Made by a program: the position numbers and the translations under genes | Virus record (IMG/VR): IMGVR_UViG_3300009495_000011 | Origin: an uncultured virus (IMG/VR IMGVR_UViG_3300009495_000011) | Taxonomy: Duplodnaviria > Heunggongvirae > Uroviricota > Caudoviricetes | Length of the DNA stretch: 64,000 nucleotides | Direction: 5' to 3' (one strand) | Shown here: piece after piece, positions 36,450 to 48,200 of the stretch | Position numbering within the stretch: the first letter of the stretch is position 1 | Layout: each line of letters opens with the position of its first letter | The notes under the pieces: generated by a model | Database searches by the model: none | Seen by the model: the letters and a program-made list of their open reading frames with translations, nothing else | What the model was told of the DNA's origin: nothing

Positions 36450-37970
36450 ATGCCACAAGAGTCTAGAACACCAGCAGCACAATCAGTAGCACCAAAAGAT
36501 CCGGGACCATATCGAGCAACTGTTGTAAAAACGCTTGATAGTACCTATATGGGCACTATAGTAGTGCAGCTGAAAAAAGAAACAGCATCAGGCGATGCTG
36601 TGGGCGAAGGTAGCACTATGTATAATGCAAAATATCTAAGTCCGTTCTACGGAACAACAGGAAAGCGTCATCTTAAGAAAAATAAAGATTATGCTAGTAC
36701 TCAAAACAGTTACGGATTTTTTATGGTTCCACCAGATCCAGGTACAGAAGTGTTAGTTGTATTTGTAGAAGGAACAACTAAAGAATGTTTTTGGATAGGT
36801 TGTATTCAAGATGACTTTATCAATATGCAAGTTCCTGGTGTTGCACCGGCAACAGACACACGCTGGAAAGATGATGAACCGGGCGACATAACAGGGTTTA
36901 GATTGCCTTCGGGTGAAATTAATACATTACTAGAAGATAATAAACCTAATAGTGATCCTACTAAAACTAAGCGTCCGTATCACCCGCATCAAGCTGCATT
37001 TTTACAAGAGCAAGGATTAATAGAAGACTGGGTTAGAGGAACAACAACTTCGAGTGCAAGACGAGATATGCCTAGTATGGTATTTGGATTTAGTAGCCCT
37101 GGACCGTTAGATAAAACTGGACCTAAGGGACCGTATGGAACTAAAGACGATAATATTCAACGTCATACATCTAGACTGGGCGGATCTAGTTTAGTAATGG
37201 ATGACGGCGATGAAACTCTTGTTAGAAAAACTCCTGCAGGCGAAGGCCCTCCGGAATATGCACCAGATAACAAGACTAATATTCCTCATAATGAATTATT
37301 TAGAATTCGCACCAGAACAGGTCATCAGATATTGCTTCACAACTCAGAAGACTTAATCTATATTGGCAATGCTAGAGGCACTAGTTGGATTGAAATGACC
37401 AGTAACGGTAAGATTGATATCTATGCACAAGACAGCGTTAGCATCCATACAGAAAATGACTTTAACTTTAAAGCAGGACGAGATGTTAATATTGAAGCAG
37501 GAAATGATGTTAATATTAGTGCAGGAAATAATATTTCGAGTCAAGCAGGTGCTAACTGGAGTGTAAGAGCAGAAGGCAATGGATTACTTACAGCACAGGG
37601 TACAGTAAACACTTATAGTGCCGGCGACACTATGATTACAGCTGGCGGCACAACAAATATTAATAGCTCAGGACATTACGAAACAGCAGATCCAATTCAT
37701 ATGAATGGACCAGTAGCAGCAACAGCAGCACAAGCAGGATCTGCAAACAAACCCGTGCGTGTTCCGTTACACGAACCGTGGTTCGGTCATGAACATCTAG
37801 ATCCAGAAGCAGCAACTCCTGATGCAACAGTAGCATCAGTAGGTGAAGGTGAAGAAACTAGCGAAATTGAAGGAACAACTCGAGAAAGCGAAATCGCAAA
37901 TCTTGACGAAACTAGATTCCCAGAAGAGCCACCAGCGTTCCCAACGATATCAGATACATTTAAGAGGTAA
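36450..37970 (+). CDS. gp5: Baseplate central spike (gp5/VgrG-like OB fold plus beta-helix)
   Basis: SYGFFMVPPDPGTEVLVVFVEG..CFWIGC OB fold; RTRTGHQILL; beta-helical repeats; followed by PAAR and gp25. Confidence 0.85.
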   Translation: MPQESRTPAAQSVAPKDPGPYRATVVKTLDSTYMGTIVVQLKKETASGDAVGEGSTMYNAKYLSPFYGTTGKRHLKKNKDYASTQNSYGFFMVPPDPGTEVLVVFVEGTTKECFWIGCIQDDFINMQVPGVAPATDTRWKDDEPGDITGFRLPSGEINTLLEDNKPNSDPTKTKRPYHPHQAAFLQEQGLIEDWVRGTTTSSARRDMPSMVFGFSSPGPLDKTGPKGPYGTKDDNIQRHTSRLGGSSLVMDDGDETLVRKTPAGEGPPEYAPDNKTNIPHNELFRIRTRTGHQILLHNSEDLIYIGNARGTSWIEMTSNGKIDIYAQDSVSIHTENDFNFKAGRDVNIEAGNDVNISAGNNISSQAGANWSVRAEGNGLLTAQGTVNTYSAGDTMITAGGTTNINSSGHYETADPIHMNGPVAATAAQAGSANKPVRVPLHEPWFGHEHLDPEAATPDATVASVGEGEETSEIEGTTRESEIANLDETRFPEEPPAFPTISDTFKR

Positions 37971-37976
37971 AACAAT

Positions 37977-38288
37977 ATGCCATTAGTAGCACGAGGAAAC
38001 GGAGTAGATGTAGTAAACACAGGACACGCAGTCTGCGTTGTGCCTGCTGATATTGCTACGTTAAGTGGAAGCGACAATGTTTTTGTATGCGAAGAGCCTA
38101 TTCACAGACTAACTGATACAAACACTCCTCATACACACTGTCCGCCGGTATACAGTACACTTATTAATAATGCTAGTCCAACAGTATTTGCAAATAATTT
38201 AGCAGTTGCACGCCTAGCTGACACCTACGATTGTACTGCATATGTAAAAGAAGTTACACAAACCACGGTGTATGCAGACGGTGAATAA
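37977..38288 (+). CDS. PAAR-like spike tip protein (gp5.4-like)
   Basis: PLVARGNG, GSDNVFV..PIHRLTD..PHTHC, SPTVFANNLAVARLAD. Confidence 0.85.
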   Translation: MPLVARGNGVDVVNTGHAVCVVPADIATLSGSDNVFVCEEPIHRLTDTNTPHTHCPPVYSTLINNASPTVFANNLAVARLADTYDCTAYVKEVTQTTVYADGE

Positions 38289-38294
38289 AGAGGG

Positions 38295-38301
38295 CTAAAT
38301 A
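38295..38301 (+). promoter_or_regulatory. Late promoter (CTAAATA), probably giving a leaderless gp25 mRNA
   Basis: TAAATA-CGTT-ATG. Confidence 0.6.
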
Positions 38302-38305
38302 CGTT

Positions 38306-38746
38306 ATGGCAGATCAGAGAATATATAAAGAGGTTGTTGTAAACACACCAAAGAGACCCCAAGCTCCTATTACTAGTAGGGCTTATAGAGGAGTGTCTAG
38401 TGTCGGAAGAACAATTAGTGATGCAGTAGTATACGATCTTGAACTTATTAAGCAAGATCTAGTAAACCATTTGCATATACGTCAGGGTGAAAAATTAGAA
38501 AATCCAAACTTTGGAACAATAATCTGGGACCTTTTATTTGAACCGCTCACTGACGAGTTAAAAGAAGCAATTGCTACTAATGTAACAGAAATTATTAATT
38601 ACGACCCGAGAATACAAGCTGAGAATATTTTTATAGACGAGTACGAATCTGGCATAATAATTGAATGTGAATTAACATACTTACCTTACAATATATCTGA
38701 ACAGCTGGTGTTAAAGTTTGACGAATCTAACGGCTTACTAGATTAA
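38306..38746 (+). CDS. gp25: Baseplate wedge subunit (gp25-like)
   Basis: LIKQDLVNHLHIRQGEKLENPNFGTIIWDLLFEP...YDPRI. Confidence 0.92.
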   Translation: MADQRIYKEVVVNTPKRPQAPITSRAYRGVSSVGRTISDAVVYDLELIKQDLVNHLHIRQGEKLENPNFGTIIWDLLFEPLTDELKEAIATNVTEIINYDPRIQAENIFIDEYESGIIIECELTYLPYNISEQLVLKFDESNGLLD

Positions 38747-38767
38747 GTACGCAGATATCTCAATCAA

Positions 38768-38774
38768 ATAAATA
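38768..38774 (+). promoter_or_regulatory. Late promoter (ATAAATA) for gp6
   Basis: Intergenic, 30 nt upstream of ATG 38805. Confidence 0.7.
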
Positions 38775-38804
38775 CATTATACTAAGTTAAGGTAAGAGAA
38801 GCAC

Positions 38805-41800
38805 ATGTCAACAACCAACAGACAAAACAGATTACTAGTAGCAGAAGATTGGAAACGTATCTATCAAAGCTACCAAAATGCAGATTTTAAAAGTTACGAC
38901 TTTGACAATCTAAGACGTTCAATGATTAATTATCTCCGTAAAAATTATGCGGAAGATTTTAATGACTATATCGAATCGAGTGAGTATCTTGCACTAATTG
39001 ACCTTATTGCTTTCTTGGGTCAAAACCTTTCTTTCCGCATCGACCTTAACGCAAGAGATAACTTTTTAGAACTAGCAGATCGTAGAGAATCAGTTCTCCG
39101 AATTGCTAGAATGCTTTCTTACAATCCTAAAAGAAATAAAGCATCAAATGGTCTGTTGAGGTTGTCAACAGTGCAAACAACAGAAAACATCTTTGATAAC
39201 AACGGTACTAATTTAAGTAATGTTACTATTGAATGGAACGACAGTTCTAATCCAGACTGGAACGAACAGTTTACTAAAGTCTTAAATGCTGGATTTACAA
39301 AGCGTAATCCAATCGGTACACCTATTCAACAAGGCACAGTGGGTAATGTTAAAACTAGCACTTACAAAGTAAATGCAAACAATAGAAAAGTTCCTATCTT
39401 TACTTTTAATAAAAATGTTGATGGTAGAAATTTAAACTTTGAAGTTACAAGTTGTAAACTAGAAGAAGGTTCGATTGTAGAAGAAAATCCGTTACCAGGC
39501 AACAACATGAGTGTACTTTATAGAGATGACGGCTCAGGACCAGGCAGTGCAAACACTGGATACTTTGTTCACTTCCGTCAAGGCTCTTTACAAAATGCAG
39601 ACTTTGCAGTAGAGAATCCTAGCAATAACCAAGTTGTTGCTCTTGATGTAGAAAATATCAACCATGATGACTTGTGGCTGTATCAATTAGATTCAAATGG
39701 CAGTGAGCAAAACTTATGGTCAAAAGTTGACGCAGTTGAAGGTAACAATGTTGTTTACAATTCACTAAGCAAAAACCTAAGAAACATTTACTTTCCGCAA
39801 ACACGTTTGGGAGACAGAGTAAATCTTGTGTTTAGTGATGGCGTATTTGGAAATTTACCAAAAGGTAACTTCCGTGCGTATTACAGAGTTTCGCAAAACT
39901 CTGCATACAGTATTACACCAAAGAATATTAGAAATGTTTCTATTAGCATTCCGTATGTTAGTTCTTCAGGAAAGATTGAAACATTAAGTTTAAATCTACA
40001 GCTTACAACTACAGTGTCTAATGCAGCTACGTCTGAATCAAATGCAGATATCAAAGTAAATGCTCCTGCACTTTATTATACACAGAACAGAATGATCACT
40101 GGGGAAGACTATAATATTGCTCCTCTAGCTGTAAGTCAAGATATTGTTAAAGTGAAATCAGTTAACCGTGTTTCAAGTGGATTTAGTAGATACTTTGATC
40201 TTAAAGATGCAACGGGAAAATATTCTAATACTAACATTTACGGCAACGATGGCATCATTTATAGAGATGAGTTTTTAGAAAAAACAGAATTTAGCTTTAC
40301 TAACAAAACCGAAGTTGAAGATATAATCTACAATACTATTACTCCTATTATTAGAAGTAAAAAATTGAGAAACTACTTTTACAAAAACTTTCCACAAACA
40401 GACATGATCTCGTACAACACAGAGTTTGTACAAGTTACTAATGAAACAAATATGTCAACCGGATACTTTATTAATACTAACGATAATAGTTTGTATAAGG
40501 TAGGTCCGGCATATACCGGCGGTAACTTTAAATTTATCCAACCAGGCGCAATGTGTAAATTTGTTTCACCTGAAGGTTACTACTTTGATAGTAATAATAA
40601 TTACGACCTTGTACAAGGTGATCCAGCAAATGTGTTTGGAGCAACAACATACAAGTGGACAAAAATTATTAATGTACAAGGCGATGGTACATCAAACGGC
40701 ACTGGGATTATTAACAGCCAGGGTGCTATACAAGTTAACGATACGATTCCAACTGGTGCGATACTTCAAAAGATTATTACAAAGTTATCTCAAGGCCTAA
40801 TAACTGATGTTGCTAATAAAGCAATTGATCTTATTTTTGCTTATAGAACTTTTGGTTTAAGATATGATGTAACAACTGCTACTTGGAAAATCATAACAAG
40901 TGACAATTTAAATTCGGCAGATCCATTTAGTTTAGGTAAAGCAGGAGATTCGTCCAATCAAAATCTTGATTCAAGTTGGTTAATACTATTTGAAACAAGT
41001 GGAACAAAGTACACTGTTACCTATAGAAATCTCCGTTATATATTCGAAAGCGAAGAAGAAACTAGATTCTTCTTTGATAGTAGTGATAAAGTTTACGATA
41101 GTAAAACAGGTAAAGTTATTAAAGACAAAATTAGTGTGCTAAACATTAATACATTGCCAGAAGCAACAATGCCGTTTACTATTAATCATGACTTGGAAAT
41201 AGTTGCAGAATACAAAGAACCTACAGGATATGTTGATACTAAAAAGATCGAAGTAACATTCTTTGACAGCGACGACGATGGGGTAGTTGACGATCCAGAC
41301 GTATTTGTACAATTAGTTAAACCTGCAACAAATCCGTTAAACAAATTTGTTATACAAAAACGCCGCAGTAATATCGACAAAGTTGAAGAGTGGAGTTTTA
41401 TTGATCCAACAGCTGAAGGTATAATAATTCTTTCTAACGAATTAGAAATGCAAACGGTTACAAGTTATACTAATAATCAACTGTTTTACTTTACACAAAC
41501 TAATGTTTTTAAAACACTTAATACAATAAATGCACGTATGACTATTACTAATAATTATAGAGCATTTGTTGGCCGCAAAGGTCTTAAATTCCATTATGTG
41601 CATGTTGCAGACTATAACCAACGTATTGATCCGAGTGCAAGTAATATTATTGATTGCTACTTATTAACAAGAAATTACGATGTTGAATTTACTCGTTGGT
41701 TAAAGGGTTTAAGTGAAACTAAGCCGCTTCCACCAAGTTCTAATCAAATGCAGTTTGATTACGGAAAACAGTTGAACAACATTAAATCTATAAGTGACGA

Positions 41801-42260
41801 AATAGTTTATCATCCGGTAAATTACAAAGTGCTATTTGGCAGCAAAGCAGAATCAGCATTACAAGCAAGTATTAAGGTTGTTAAAAATGAAGAATCAGTA
41901 GTAAGCGACAACGATATTAAAACTAGAATTGTTGTTGCTATCGATGAGTTTTTTGACTTACAGAACTGGGACTTTGGCGATATATTTTATTGGAGCGAAC
42001 TAAGTGCATACATTACATACAACCTTGCACCTGACATTGTAAGTGTTGTTATTGTACCATTGGATGCAGCAGGAGTGTTCGGTAACTTATTCCAAGTTAA
42101 CAGTGAAAACAATGAAATATTTAAAAGCGGAGCAACTGTTGATACTATCGAGATTATAGACGAAATTACAGCAGAAAAAATAAAAGCAAGTAGTAAGATT
42201 ACATATGCAGCATCAGGTGCAACTAATATTACATCAGCAGCATTTAACGGAGATAGCTAA
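38805..42260 (+). CDS. gp6: Baseplate wedge protein (gp6-like)
   Basis: DFDNLRRSMINYL, FNDYIESS, ARMLSYNPKR, FSDGVFGNLP, ES..IK.NAP..Y.TQNRMIT.EDY. Confidence 0.88.
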   Translation: MSTTNRQNRLLVAEDWKRIYQSYQNADFKSYDFDNLRRSMINYLRKNYAEDFNDYIESSEYLALIDLIAFLGQNLSFRIDLNARDNFLELADRRESVLRIARMLSYNPKRNKASNGLLRLSTVQTTENIFDNNGTNLSNVTIEWNDSSNPDWNEQFTKVLNAGFTKRNPIGTPIQQGTVGNVKTSTYKVNANNRKVPIFTFNKNVDGRNLNFEVTSCKLEEGSIVEENPLPGNNMSVLYRDDGSGPGSANTGYFVHFRQGSLQNADFAVENPSNNQVVALDVENINHDDLWLYQLDSNGSEQNLWSKVDAVEGNNVVYNSLSKNLRNIYFPQTRLGDRVNLVFSDGVFGNLPKGNFRAYYRVSQNSAYSITPKNIRNVSISIPYVSSSGKIETLSLNLQLTTTVSNAATSESNADIKVNAPALYYTQNRMITGEDYNIAPLAVSQDIVKVKSVNRVSSGFSRYFDLKDATGKYSNTNIYGNDGIIYRDEFLEKTEFSFTNKTEVEDIIYNTITPIIRSKKLRNYFYKNFPQTDMISYNTEFVQVTNETNMSTGYFINTNDNSLYKVGPAYTGGNFKFIQPGAMCKFVSPEGYYFDSNNNYDLVQGDPANVFGATTYKWTKIINVQGDGTSNGTGIINSQGAIQVNDTIPTGAILQKIITKLSQGLITDVANKAIDLIFAYRTFGLRYDVTTATWKIITSDNLNSADPFSLGKAGDSSNQNLDSSWLILFETSGTKYTVTYRNLRYIFESEEETRFFFDSSDKVYDSKTGKVIKDKISVLNINTLPEATMPFTINHDLEIVAEYKEPTGYVDTKKIEVTFFDSDDDGVVDDPDVFVQLVKPATNPLNKFVIQKRRSNIDKVEEWSFIDPTAEGIIILSNELEMQTVTSYTNNQLFYFTQTNVFKTLNTINARMTITNNYRAFVGRKGLKFHYVHVADYNQRIDPSASNIIDCYLLTRNYDVEFTRWLKGLSETKPLPPSSNQMQFDYGKQLNNIKSISDEIVYHPVNYKVLFGSKAESALQASIKVVKNEESVVSDNDIKTRIVVAIDEFFDLQNWDFGDIFYWSELSAYITYNLAPDIVSVVIVPLDAAGVFGNLFQVNSENNEIFKSGATVDTIEIIDEITAEKIKASSKITYAASGATNITSAAFNGDS

Positions 42261-42262
42261 GA

Positions 42263-45200
42263 ATGGCAAAAGATCAAGAAGAAATTAATCTTCCAGGCGA
42301 AAACAACGAACAAAGAAAAACATCGTTAGATCTGTTACCTAAATATTTTAGGTCCAATACTAATAAAAAGTTTTTGTCCGCTACATTAGACCCGTTAATT
42401 CAAGACGGTGTTATTGAAAAAATAAATGGATATCTAGGTAGAAAAACATCTAAGGCGTTTTCCACCGATGATAACTATATTCCAGATATATCTGACGATC
42501 GTCAAAATTATCAATTAGAGCCTGCATTAATTGTTAAAGACAACAATGATAATGTAGTATACTACAAAGACTATAATGATTATATTAACCAATTACGTGC
42601 TTTCGGCGCTAACACAACTAATCATAACAGACTAAATTCTCAAGAATATTATTCTTGGGATCCTCGAGTTGATTGGGACAAGTTAGTAAACTATAGAGAG
42701 TATTACTGGGTAAGCCAGGGCCCTGTTGCTATAAGTATTGCAGGCCAAGAAAAGGGTGTTACAAGTACATACACTGTTAAGATTGTTAACGACGGCGACA
42801 GTAATGCGTTTGTATTCAATCCTGACGGACTTACTAGAAATCCTACTATTAAACTTTATAGAGGTCTAACATATAAATTTGAAGTAAATCAAAAAAATAA
42901 TCCTTTTTGGATTAAAACAAAAAAGACAAAAACAGGATTCGAATATAACGAAAAAATTGATAACAATGGTACTGAAGTAGGTACAGTTACAATTACTATT
43001 GATCAAAACACTCCTGATATTTTACATTATGTAAACACAAATGATTTAGATTCGTCTGGACTTATTCAAGTACTGTCAATTGATCAAAATACTGAAATTG
43101 ATATTGATAAAGAGTTAGTTGGCAAAAAAGAATACCAGCTAAAGACTGGACATCAGTTAAGTAACGGAATGAAAGTAAACTTCTTAGGCGATGTTACTCC
43201 TGAAAAGTATTCTAAAGGTAACTGGTATGTTGAAGGTGTTGGTAAAGAAATTATTCTAATAAGTGAACAAGAATTAGAAACTTTATATCCCGGCCAAGCA
43301 TTAGAAGAATTGCAGTTTGATGATATTGGATTCGACGTTAATCCGTTTGATCAAAACTCAGAAAAAGATAAAGACTATATTACAATTAACCGCGCAGCAT
43401 ACGACGGCAACCATTGGAGCCGTGCAAACAGATGGATACATAAATCTGTTATTGAAACTAGTTATGAAATTTCTGGCACCACTCCGATATTAGATCAATC
43501 AGCAAGAGCAAGTAGACCGATTATCGAATTTATTCCAGGAATTCAGTTGTTTAATAATGGCTGGAACCGTGTTGGAGATATTGATCTAGTTGACACAGTG
43601 ACAACAGATATTATGTCGGAGATTGAAGGAACAACAGGATATTACGTTGATAACATTAATCTTATTGAAGGCATGCGAGTTATTTTTACTGCTGATAACG
43701 ATTTACTAATTCGTGATAAAGTGTTTACTGTGAATTTTGTTAGATTTAATAATGAACGAATCATAACATTAATTCCAGATGTACAGAACAATGTAGTAGG
43801 CGACACATTAGTAGTTAAATCCGGAAAATTAAATCAAGGTAAGCAGTTCTGGTTTGACGGAACAAAATGGACTGAAGCACAGCAGAAAACAGAACCTAAC
43901 CAGTTTCCGTTATTTGATCTATTTGATGCTGACGGTGAATCACTGAGTGACACTACAAAGTATGGTTCAACTAGCTTCAAAGGGAACTATGTGTTCTCTT
44001 ATCAAACCGGCAACGGAGCTCCAGATACAGTTTTAGGATTTCCTATTAAGTATTTGAGTATTAGTAATATTGGTGATATTTTGTTTAGCTCTAATATTCT
44101 AACAGACACATATGACTATATTAAAAATGAGAAAAAGTATTCGATCATTGCAAAAGACAGCTATATTAAAGTTTACAATAGACTTGGCAACTTTGGATAT
44201 CACAGTGCGTGGGAACGTGCGGCGTCTCATAGTGTTCAGCAAGTCATTAGACACTATATTGCTGACTTAAATAGAAACGATTTTGAGATTGATGTATACA
44301 ATGATGCTGCACTATTAACTGATTTAGATGTTAAAGTATTTGTAAACAACAAAATTACTAATCATTTTACATTAGTAACACAGAACAATAGATTATATGT
44401 TCATTTTGCAAATGACTTGAACGAAAATTCAAGCGTTATTATTAAAACACATAGTCTTGCAAACAAAAATGAAAATGGGTATTACGAGTTTCCATTGAAC
44501 TTGCAAAACAATCCTAATAACGAAGATCCTACACAAATTACGCTAGGCGAAATTACTGATCACGTTGAGACTATATTTAATGCAGCACCAGCAGTTGAAG
44601 GAACATTCCCAGGAATTTCTAATATTAGAGACCTAGGAACAGTTAGTGCTTACGGCAGCCGCTTTGTTAAGCATTCTGGACCGATTAACATAGCGATGTA
44701 TCACTTGACTAACAAGGATACAAACATTATTAAATCTCTTGATTATGCTGCAAAAAGTTATGACAAGTTTCAAAAGACATTCTTAGATAAAATTTCTACA
44801 GACGAAATTTTAGGAACGCCTAATATAGATGTTGATACTATTTTAGAAAGTATCACAGCAGAAAACAAAGAGACTGATAGCTTCTATAATAGTGGCATGG
44901 TTCCTTTTAGAGCATTTAACGAAATTAGACATACTGTAATTGACCCAACGTTTGAACTTTACGGTATTACAGAAATTTTTGAACCATACAAGCATCAAGA
45001 CAAAGCGATATTAGTTTATCTAAACGATACACAACTGTTACTAGGATCAGAGTACGAGTTCATTAATGATAATTTTGTTAAAATTAATGTAGCAAAAGAA
45101 GTCGACGATGTTATTGTTATTCGAGAGTATAGCACACTAGTAGGTAACTATATTGCTCCTACTCCTGCTAGATTAGGATTGTTGCCTAAGTATGAGCCTA

Positions 45201-48200
45201 AAAAATATTTAGACACTACTTTACAAACTCCGCAGAATGTAATTCAAGGACACGACGGAAGTGTAATACTGGCATTTAATGATTACAGAGATGACTTAAT
45301 CATTGAACTAGAACGTAGAATATATAACAATATTAAAATTGAATATACTAACGACCTTGTTGATTTTTATTCCTTTAAGCCAGGCGCTAATAGAACAGGC
45401 GAATATAGTCTAAAAGAAATAGATAACATTTTAAGACCTTTGTTTTTAAAATGGCATAAAAATCTTAATGTGTCTTACACTGATAATGTTTGGTTCGAGA
45501 CTGGTAATCAGTTTACCTATAACTATAAGACTGGTTCGTATAAAGATAAACAGCTTCCAGGATTTTGGAGAGGCATATACAACTATTGGTACGATACTGA
45601 CAGACCTCATTTAACGCCTTGGGAGATGCTAGGCTTCAGCATCATGCCAAGTTGGTGGGAAGATGAATACGGCCCGGCTCCGTACACTAGTGAAAACTTA
45701 CTAATGTGGAGAGACTTAGAAGTAGGCCGTATTAAAGAACCTGGTAATAATAGAATTAACAATGACTTTAGTCGTCCTGGCTTATTGGATATCATTCCAG
45801 TAGATGCAAACGGAAGACTTAGAGATCCTATTGAAGCAAATATTGCACAAAATTACGAATCAGCTGAGTTCGGTGCAGAATATGCGTTTGGCGATCAATC
45901 ACCAGTTGAAAACGCTTGGAGACGATCAAGTAGTTATCGCTTCTCACTGCTGTGCGCTTGGTTCTTAACTAAGCCTGCACAAATATTTGGAGTATATTTA
46001 GATCGCGCTCATACTTCCCGTGACGTCAGTGGCATTATTAAATATGCGGGAGAATATCCAACACTTTCGGGTCTTGCAGATAAAGTGTCTAATACTGCAC
46101 TTGCAAGCGGTTTGATTTCTTATGTTAACAATTGGCTATATCAAACAGGCGAGTCGTTTGTTACTGATTATTCTTTTAATTTAAAAAATGCAAATAACCA
46201 GCTAGGTGCAAAACTTGCAGGATATACAGAAAAGTCTAAATTTAGATTAATACTAGATAGTCGTACTCCTTTGAATGAAGGAAATGTTTTCATTCCAGAA
46301 GAAAACTATCAAATTGTGTTAAACACAAGTAGCCCTGTGGACGTATTATCGTACAGTGGCGTTATAGTTGAAAAAAGAACCAACGGATTCTTAATAAAGG
46401 GATATGATCAAAAGTTTCCATACTTCCAACATCGTAGAATAATAACTTCTCAAAACGACAGCCAAATAACAATAGGCGCAGTTAGCGAGTCATTTATTTC
46501 TTGGGATAGTGAAAAAACTTATATCCAAGGTAAAATTGTTGAGTATAACGGAATCTATTACAGATGTCGTGAAGATCACTTTAGTAGTGATACTTTTGAT
46601 TCTGATAAATTTGTTAAATTACCTTCCTTACCGTCAGTCGGCGGCAACAGCTATTTTTATAGAAGCAACTTCGATACCAGTGCATATTACACATTAGATT
46701 ACGGTACAATATTACCTACTGTACAAGCTGTTGTTGACTTTATGTATGGATACGGTGCTTACCTAGCTGAAGCTGGTTTTGTATTTGACAACTATGATAA
46801 CGAAAATTCTATACTACAAGACTGGGACACTTCGGTTAAAGAGTTTGTATACTGGACAACACAGAATTGGTCAGAAGGCACTGTTATTGCACTTAGCCCG
46901 GGTGCAAAAACATTTACAATCAATGTTGACTATACTAATGTTGATAGTTTACTAAATGACTTTTATGACTATGAAATATACAATAGTGCAGGAACTCGTA
47001 TATCGATAAACGATCTAGATGTTACTAGAGCAAATAATAAATTCACACTAGAAACTTTAGGCGATGACGGCATTTATTTTGCTAGACTACACTTAGTACA
47101 AACAGAACATGTACTTTTAATAGACAATACAACAGTGTTTGCTGATACGTTGTACGACAAACCGGCAGGTTACAGACAAGATCGTGTAAAGGTATTGGGA
47201 TACAAAACTGTTTTATGGGATGGTGGATTAACTACTCCGGGATTTATCTTTGATGAAGTTACTGTTAAATCTTGGACACCGTTTACACAGTTCCAAATTG
47301 GTGACGTAGTAAAACATAAAGAGTTTTATTATAGTGCAGAAGATAAAATAGTTTCTGGAGAAGTATTTAACGAAGAAAATTGGAAACGCCTATCTGGAAT
47401 TCAACAAAGTACTTTAATTCCAAACTTTGATTACAGAGCCGAACAGTTTACAGATTTCTTTGATCTAGACACAGACAACTTTGACACAGAGCAGCAGCGG
47501 TTAGCACAGCATACCATTGGTTACCAAAAACGCAGATACCTAGAAAACATTATTAATGACGATGTGAGTCAGTATAAGTTTTATCAAGGTATGATTCTTG
47601 ACAAAGGTACAAAAAATGTACTAAACAAAATGTTTGACAAGCTCGGCGCAGCTGATAAAGAAAGTCTTAACTTTTATGAAGAGTGGGCTATCAGATCAGG
47701 CGATTATGGCGCAGTAGATAGCTTTGTTGAAGTTGAATATAAAATTGATGAAGAATTTGTTAGACTTGAACCACAGCCGTTTGAGCTAGTATCGGTTATT
47801 GATTCTAATACAACTGACTTGGTTTATAGATATACTCCGGATCAAGCGTATGTAACATATGACGGTTACAATCATGCTCCGTTCAAAGCTACTACTAAAA
47901 TACCTTCTTTTATTAGAACAGCAGGCAACGTAGATGAAAATGATGTTGATTTTAGTGTAAAATACGTAGATGACATTGCAGCATTAAATATTGATGATTT
48001 TAATGTAGGCTCAACTGTTTGGGTAAGTTTCTATAATGCTTCTTGGACCGTACTAAGAATGCAAGATGCAAAAATAAATGTGTTGTCGGCAAAAAGAGGC
48101 AGCGGCACAGACATTATTTTAAGAACTAACGAATTGCTTGTTGCAGAAGTTGGAGATGTAATTGGCGTTAAGAACGTTTCCCCAGATGTTGATAAATTCT

